A stretch of 27,195 bases of DNA from a virus (lineage: Duplodnaviria > Caudoviricetes). Below, piece by piece: positions 24,608 to 27,195 of this stretch. A program made the translations under genes and the position numbers. How positions within the stretch are numbered: position 1 is the stretch's first letter; every line of letters begins with the position of its first letter. The notes beneath the pieces are model-generated. The model ran no database searches. It saw only the letters and a list, made by a program, of their open reading frames with translations, and had not been told where the DNA came from. Location of the stretch: positions 1-27,195 of the IMG/VR virus record IMGVR_UViG_3300037743_000272; one strand, written 5' to 3'.

Positions 24608-24999
24608 TCGCCAAGCTCCCGCACCCCGTCTTCGCGGCACTTTGGGGCGTCTGGCTTGCCCTCGTCATGACCGCACTTGCGATGCCCGCCCGGCCGCTGT
24701 TCGGCCTGATCGTGCTGCTCGCGTTCCTGCCGATCGAGGGGGTTGCGGTCGTCCTCAACACCGGGGCGCGGGACACTTTGTCGGAGATCACGACGTGGGT
24801 GTTCCGGCACCTGAGCAAGCATGAGCGACCGGGGAGGGGCTGGAACGCGCTGCTCCTCATCATGTTACTGGTGATTGTGTATCTGCTCGGTAGGACGGTG
24901 CTGCACTACTCGGGATCGCGGTTCCTCGGGCTCGGGATGGGTGGGCTGACGGCCGTCTGGTTGCACGACCATTTCCTTCGGCCGGACCTCCACGGATGA
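24604..24999 (+). CDS. Multi-pass membrane protein (131 aa, about 4 TM)
   Basis: Four hydrophobic segments with an RDTLSE loop; ATGA overlaps. Confidence 0.7.
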   Translation: MIAKLPHPVFAALWGVWLALVMTALAMPARPLFGLIVLLAFLPIEGVAVVLNTGARDTLSEITTWVFRHLSKHERPGRGWNALLLIMLLVIVYLLGRTVLHYSGSRFLGLGMGGLTAVWLHDHFLRPDLHG

Positions 25000-25613
25000 C
25001 CCGCGCCCTCCTCCTCACGCTCGCCCTGCTGCTCGTCGCGGCCGGTGTCGCGTCCGCTGCCCACTACCGGGGGGTCGCCGCGGCGAAGGGAGCCGAAGCC
25101 GACAGCCTCACGGCGATTCTCGCGGACACCCGCGCGCGCGTCGAGGCCGCGGAGGCTGAGGTTCTGGCGGTCGTCGCCGAGACGATGCGCCGCCGGGCGT
25201 CCGACTCCGCGCGCATCGAGGGGCTGAACGAGCGCGTGGCCGGACTGGCCCAGAGCAACGCTAGCCTCCGCGGTGCCGCGGAGCGCGAGCTGGCCGAGCA
25301 CGACGACTGGCTGACCGGCGACACGCACCGCGCGATCGTGGCGAATCTCGACCGCACGATCCTGGTGACCGACTCGCTGCGCCAGGTCGAGCACGACGGG
25401 CGGATCCAGGAGCGTGAGAGAGGCGACGCGCTGGCGGTGCAGGTGACGGCGCTCACGGCGCACGTGGGCGTGCTGGAGCGGCGCGACACGGTGCGAGTCG
25501 AGCACATCGCGGCTCTGGAGTCGGGAGGCCGCTGGTCGCTCTCCTTCGGAGGGGACGCGTGGAAGATCGGGGCTGGACTGATTGCAGGATTTCTAATCGC
25601 GGAGGCGAGGTAA
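24996..25613 (+). CDS. Spanin-like protein (N-terminal TM/signal, long coiled coil, hydrophobic C-terminus; 205 aa)
   Basis: MTRALLLTLALLLVAAGVASA, Ala/Glu/Arg heptad region, WKIGAGLIAGFLI at the end; lies after the endolysin. Confidence 0.6.
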   Translation: MTRALLLTLALLLVAAGVASAAHYRGVAAAKGAEADSLTAILADTRARVEAAEAEVLAVVAETMRRRASDSARIEGLNERVAGLAQSNASLRGAAERELAEHDDWLTGDTHRAIVANLDRTILVTDSLRQVEHDGRIQERERGDALAVQVTALTAHVGVLERRDTVRVEHIAALESGGRWSLSFGGDAWKIGAGLIAGFLIAEAR

Positions 25614-26792
25614 ATGAGCGAGATCAAGCTGACGGCCCGGGGCTCGGGACCGTACGTCGTCTACGTGGACGACGTCGAGTACTCGAGGCACACGACCGAG
25701 CGCGAGGCCGTGGAGAACGTGACGGAAGCGCTTGCCGATTCGCCGGATGCTCGCGTGTTCTACAGCCACGACTACACGGTCGACGCGGAGCTGGTGGACG
25801 CGCCGGAGGAGCCCGAGGATCCGCCCGACGAGCCGGAGCCGGACCCACATCCCGAGCCCGAGCCTGACCCAGAGCCAGAGCCAGATCCGGACCCCGGTCA
25901 TGACCCGCCGCCAGACCCAGAGCCGGAGCCAGACCCCGGACCGGACCCTGACCCCGAGCCAGACCCGGACCCCGAGCCTGATCCCGGACCGGAGCCGACG
26001 GGTGACCTGTTCTTCGACGGATTCGAGTCGGGGGACATGTCCACCGATACCAACGGCTTCAGCTGGGCCAGGAACAACCGGACCTCGGTCGTCCGCGACG
26101 ACGGCTGCGCCGTCTGGAACAACGGCGCCATTGAGAACTGCGGTCAGTCGGATGACTGGGAGAGCCGGCCAGGCTCGGGCGGAAGCCATGCCCTGCGCTT
26201 CAGGTATGCCGCCGGGCAGCCGATGACCGAGCAGCGATACTCGATCGGGTCCGCGCACCCGGAGTTGTGGGCGAGCTGGTGGCTGCGCGTCCCTATCAAC
26301 TTCCGTCATCTCGACGGTCCGTCGAGCGACAACAACAAGCTGTTCATGTTCTGGATGGACGCCTACTCGACCAGCGGCGACGGGTCGACCGTGGGGATGG
26401 AGACCCGCCCGGACGGGAGCGGAGGTGCCAGGTGGTACGTCAAGGTGTCCCCCGGCCGCGGTAGCGTGCTCGGCGGCGACCAGGGCTCCGTGCCCTTCAT
26501 CTCCTATCCGTCGGATCAGGGGCGGTGGATGAAGATCGTCGTGCGCGTCAGGGCCGAGAGTTCGGCGGGTGCCGGAGACGGCTTGATGCAGGTATGGCGT
26601 AGGTGGGAGGATGAGGGCTCCTACACGCAGACGCACAACCGGACGGGTCAGCCGATTCGTATCCCGAGCGGAGGCCCCAACGGATTCAGCGCCGGTTACC
26701 TCATGGGCTACGCGAATTCGGCGTACGGGCAGGACACCGAATTTCTCATCGATGACTTCACCCTATCCACTGGCAGCCTGTTGAACCAGTAG
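25614..26792 (+). CDS. Two-domain protein with Pro-Glu/Pro-Asp linker and C-terminal beta-sandwich (polysaccharide-lyase/LamG-like) domain (392 aa)
   Basis: LFFDGFESGD, ALRFRY, ELWASWWLRVP.NF, NNKLF, GRWMKI...R......DG..QVW, FLIDDF.LS; no signal peptide. Confidence 0.65.
   Translation: MSEIKLTARGSGPYVVYVDDVEYSRHTTEREAVENVTEALADSPDARVFYSHDYTVDAELVDAPEEPEDPPDEPEPDPHPEPEPDPEPEPDPDPGHDPPPDPEPEPDPGPDPDPEPDPDPEPDPGPEPTGDLFFDGFESGDMSTDTNGFSWARNNRTSVVRDDGCAVWNNGAIENCGQSDDWESRPGSGGSHALRFRYAAGQPMTEQRYSIGSAHPELWASWWLRVPINFRHLDGPSSDNNKLFMFWMDAYSTSGDGSTVGMETRPDGSGGARWYVKVSPGRGSVLGGDQGSVPFISYPSDQGRWMKIVVRVRAESSAGAGDGLMQVWRRWEDEGSYTQTHNRTGQPIRIPSGGPNGFSAGYLMGYANSAYGQDTEFLIDDFTLSTGSLLNQ
25803..25997 (+). 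repeat. Degenerate 6-bp coding repeat encoding a (PE/PD)n linker, 65 aa
   Basis: Alternating CCN and GAN codons (ccggag, ccagac, cccgag, cctgac). Confidence 0.9.
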
Positions 26793-26804
26793 AGGAGCGT
26801 AATC

Positions 26805-27195
26805 ATGACCAACGACCAATTCTGCTCGAAGTGGGGCATGGACGAGGTCGCCCTGGAGTCGCTCCGGCGGCTGATGGGTGGCGCGTTCCGCACGACCCAC
26901 CACCGGCCCGCGAGCCGGATGGGCGTCCACAACATGGACCTGGCCGAGATGAGCCGGCGCGGGATGCTGCCGCCTGTCGTGCCCGGCGAGGACATGGTGG
27001 TGCTCAGTGCCGAGCGTCACAAAAACATCGTGACGAACGAGGGGCTCGATCACATGCTCGACGCGACGTTGTCGGGCGCGACGCAGATCACGGCGTGGAA
27101 GGTCGCGATTTTCAAGACGAACACGACGCCCCTTGCGACCCACACCTACGCCGTGCCGGGCTACACCGAGATCGCGGGCTCGGATGTGGACGAGT
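26805..27195 (+). CDS. Putative virion/tail-fibre-associated protein, 3'-truncated by window edge
   Basis: GAGGAG RBS, ATG 26805, open to the end: ...KNIVTNEGLDHMLDATLSGATQITAWKVAIFKTNTTP....Y..PGYTE. The N.VT..G...LD.......W motif is common in phage structural proteins. Absent from the ORF track because it has no stop. Confidence 0.7.
   Translation, partial: MTNDQFCSKWGMDEVALESLRRLMGGAFRTTHHRPASRMGVHNMDLAEMSRRGMLPPVVPGEDMVVLSAERHKNIVTNEGLDHMLDATLSGATQITAWKVAIFKTNTTPLATHTYAVPGYTEIAGSDVDE

Larger units (their letters stand above)
1..27195 (+). mobile_element. Tailed phage/prophage segment (HK97-like head, siphovirus-like tail): replication, packaging, head, tail and lysis modules
   Basis: Canonical gene order HNH-terS-terL-portal-protease-capsid-neck-tail tube-chaperones-tape measure-tail tip-lysis, with dense start/stop overlaps. 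No host genes or boundaries are seen, so prophage versus free phage cannot be decided. Confidence 0.97.

Noticed and set aside
25803-25997. Repeat tract as possible CRISPR array or VNTR
   Set aside because: Period-6 degenerate coding repeat with no constant repeat and unique spacer structure.
1-27195. Alternative genetic code or stop-codon reassignment
   Set aside because: Core genes are full length under code 11 and end in TGA, TAA or TAG with normal coupling.

Overview
The whole window is one contiguous, GC-rich segment of a tailed phage or prophage with HK97-type head genes and a non-contractile (siphovirus-like) tail. Almost all genes are on the + strand and many are coupled by ATGA/GTGA/TGATG/TAATG overlaps. 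Order: end of an early gene, replication initiator with internal iteron-like palindromes, DnaB-type helicase, truncated nuclease remnant, Zn-ribbon gene, HNH endonuclease, small and large terminase, portal, prohead protease, second Zn-ribbon gene, structured leader, major capsid, accessory head genes, neck genes, tail tube, tail chaperones with a -1 frameshift, tape measure, extended Dit-like protein and a large tail-tip protein. These are followed by one inverted Ig-like lipoprotein gene (moron-like), a membrane-protein-rich lysis region with an M15-type peptidase and a spanin-like protein, and further virion-type genes running off the end. No integrase, att site, tRNA, rRNA, CRISPR array or reverse transcriptase is visible. 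The best candidates for something new are (1) a Com-like Zn-ribbon gene plus internal promoter plus terminator-like and RBS-occluding hairpins in front of the capsid gene, with a second promoter and Zn-ribbon unit in front of the packaging genes, and (2) a translationally coupled ORF that runs antisense across the whole inverted lipoprotein gene. All product calls come from motif recognition and synteny, not from database searches.
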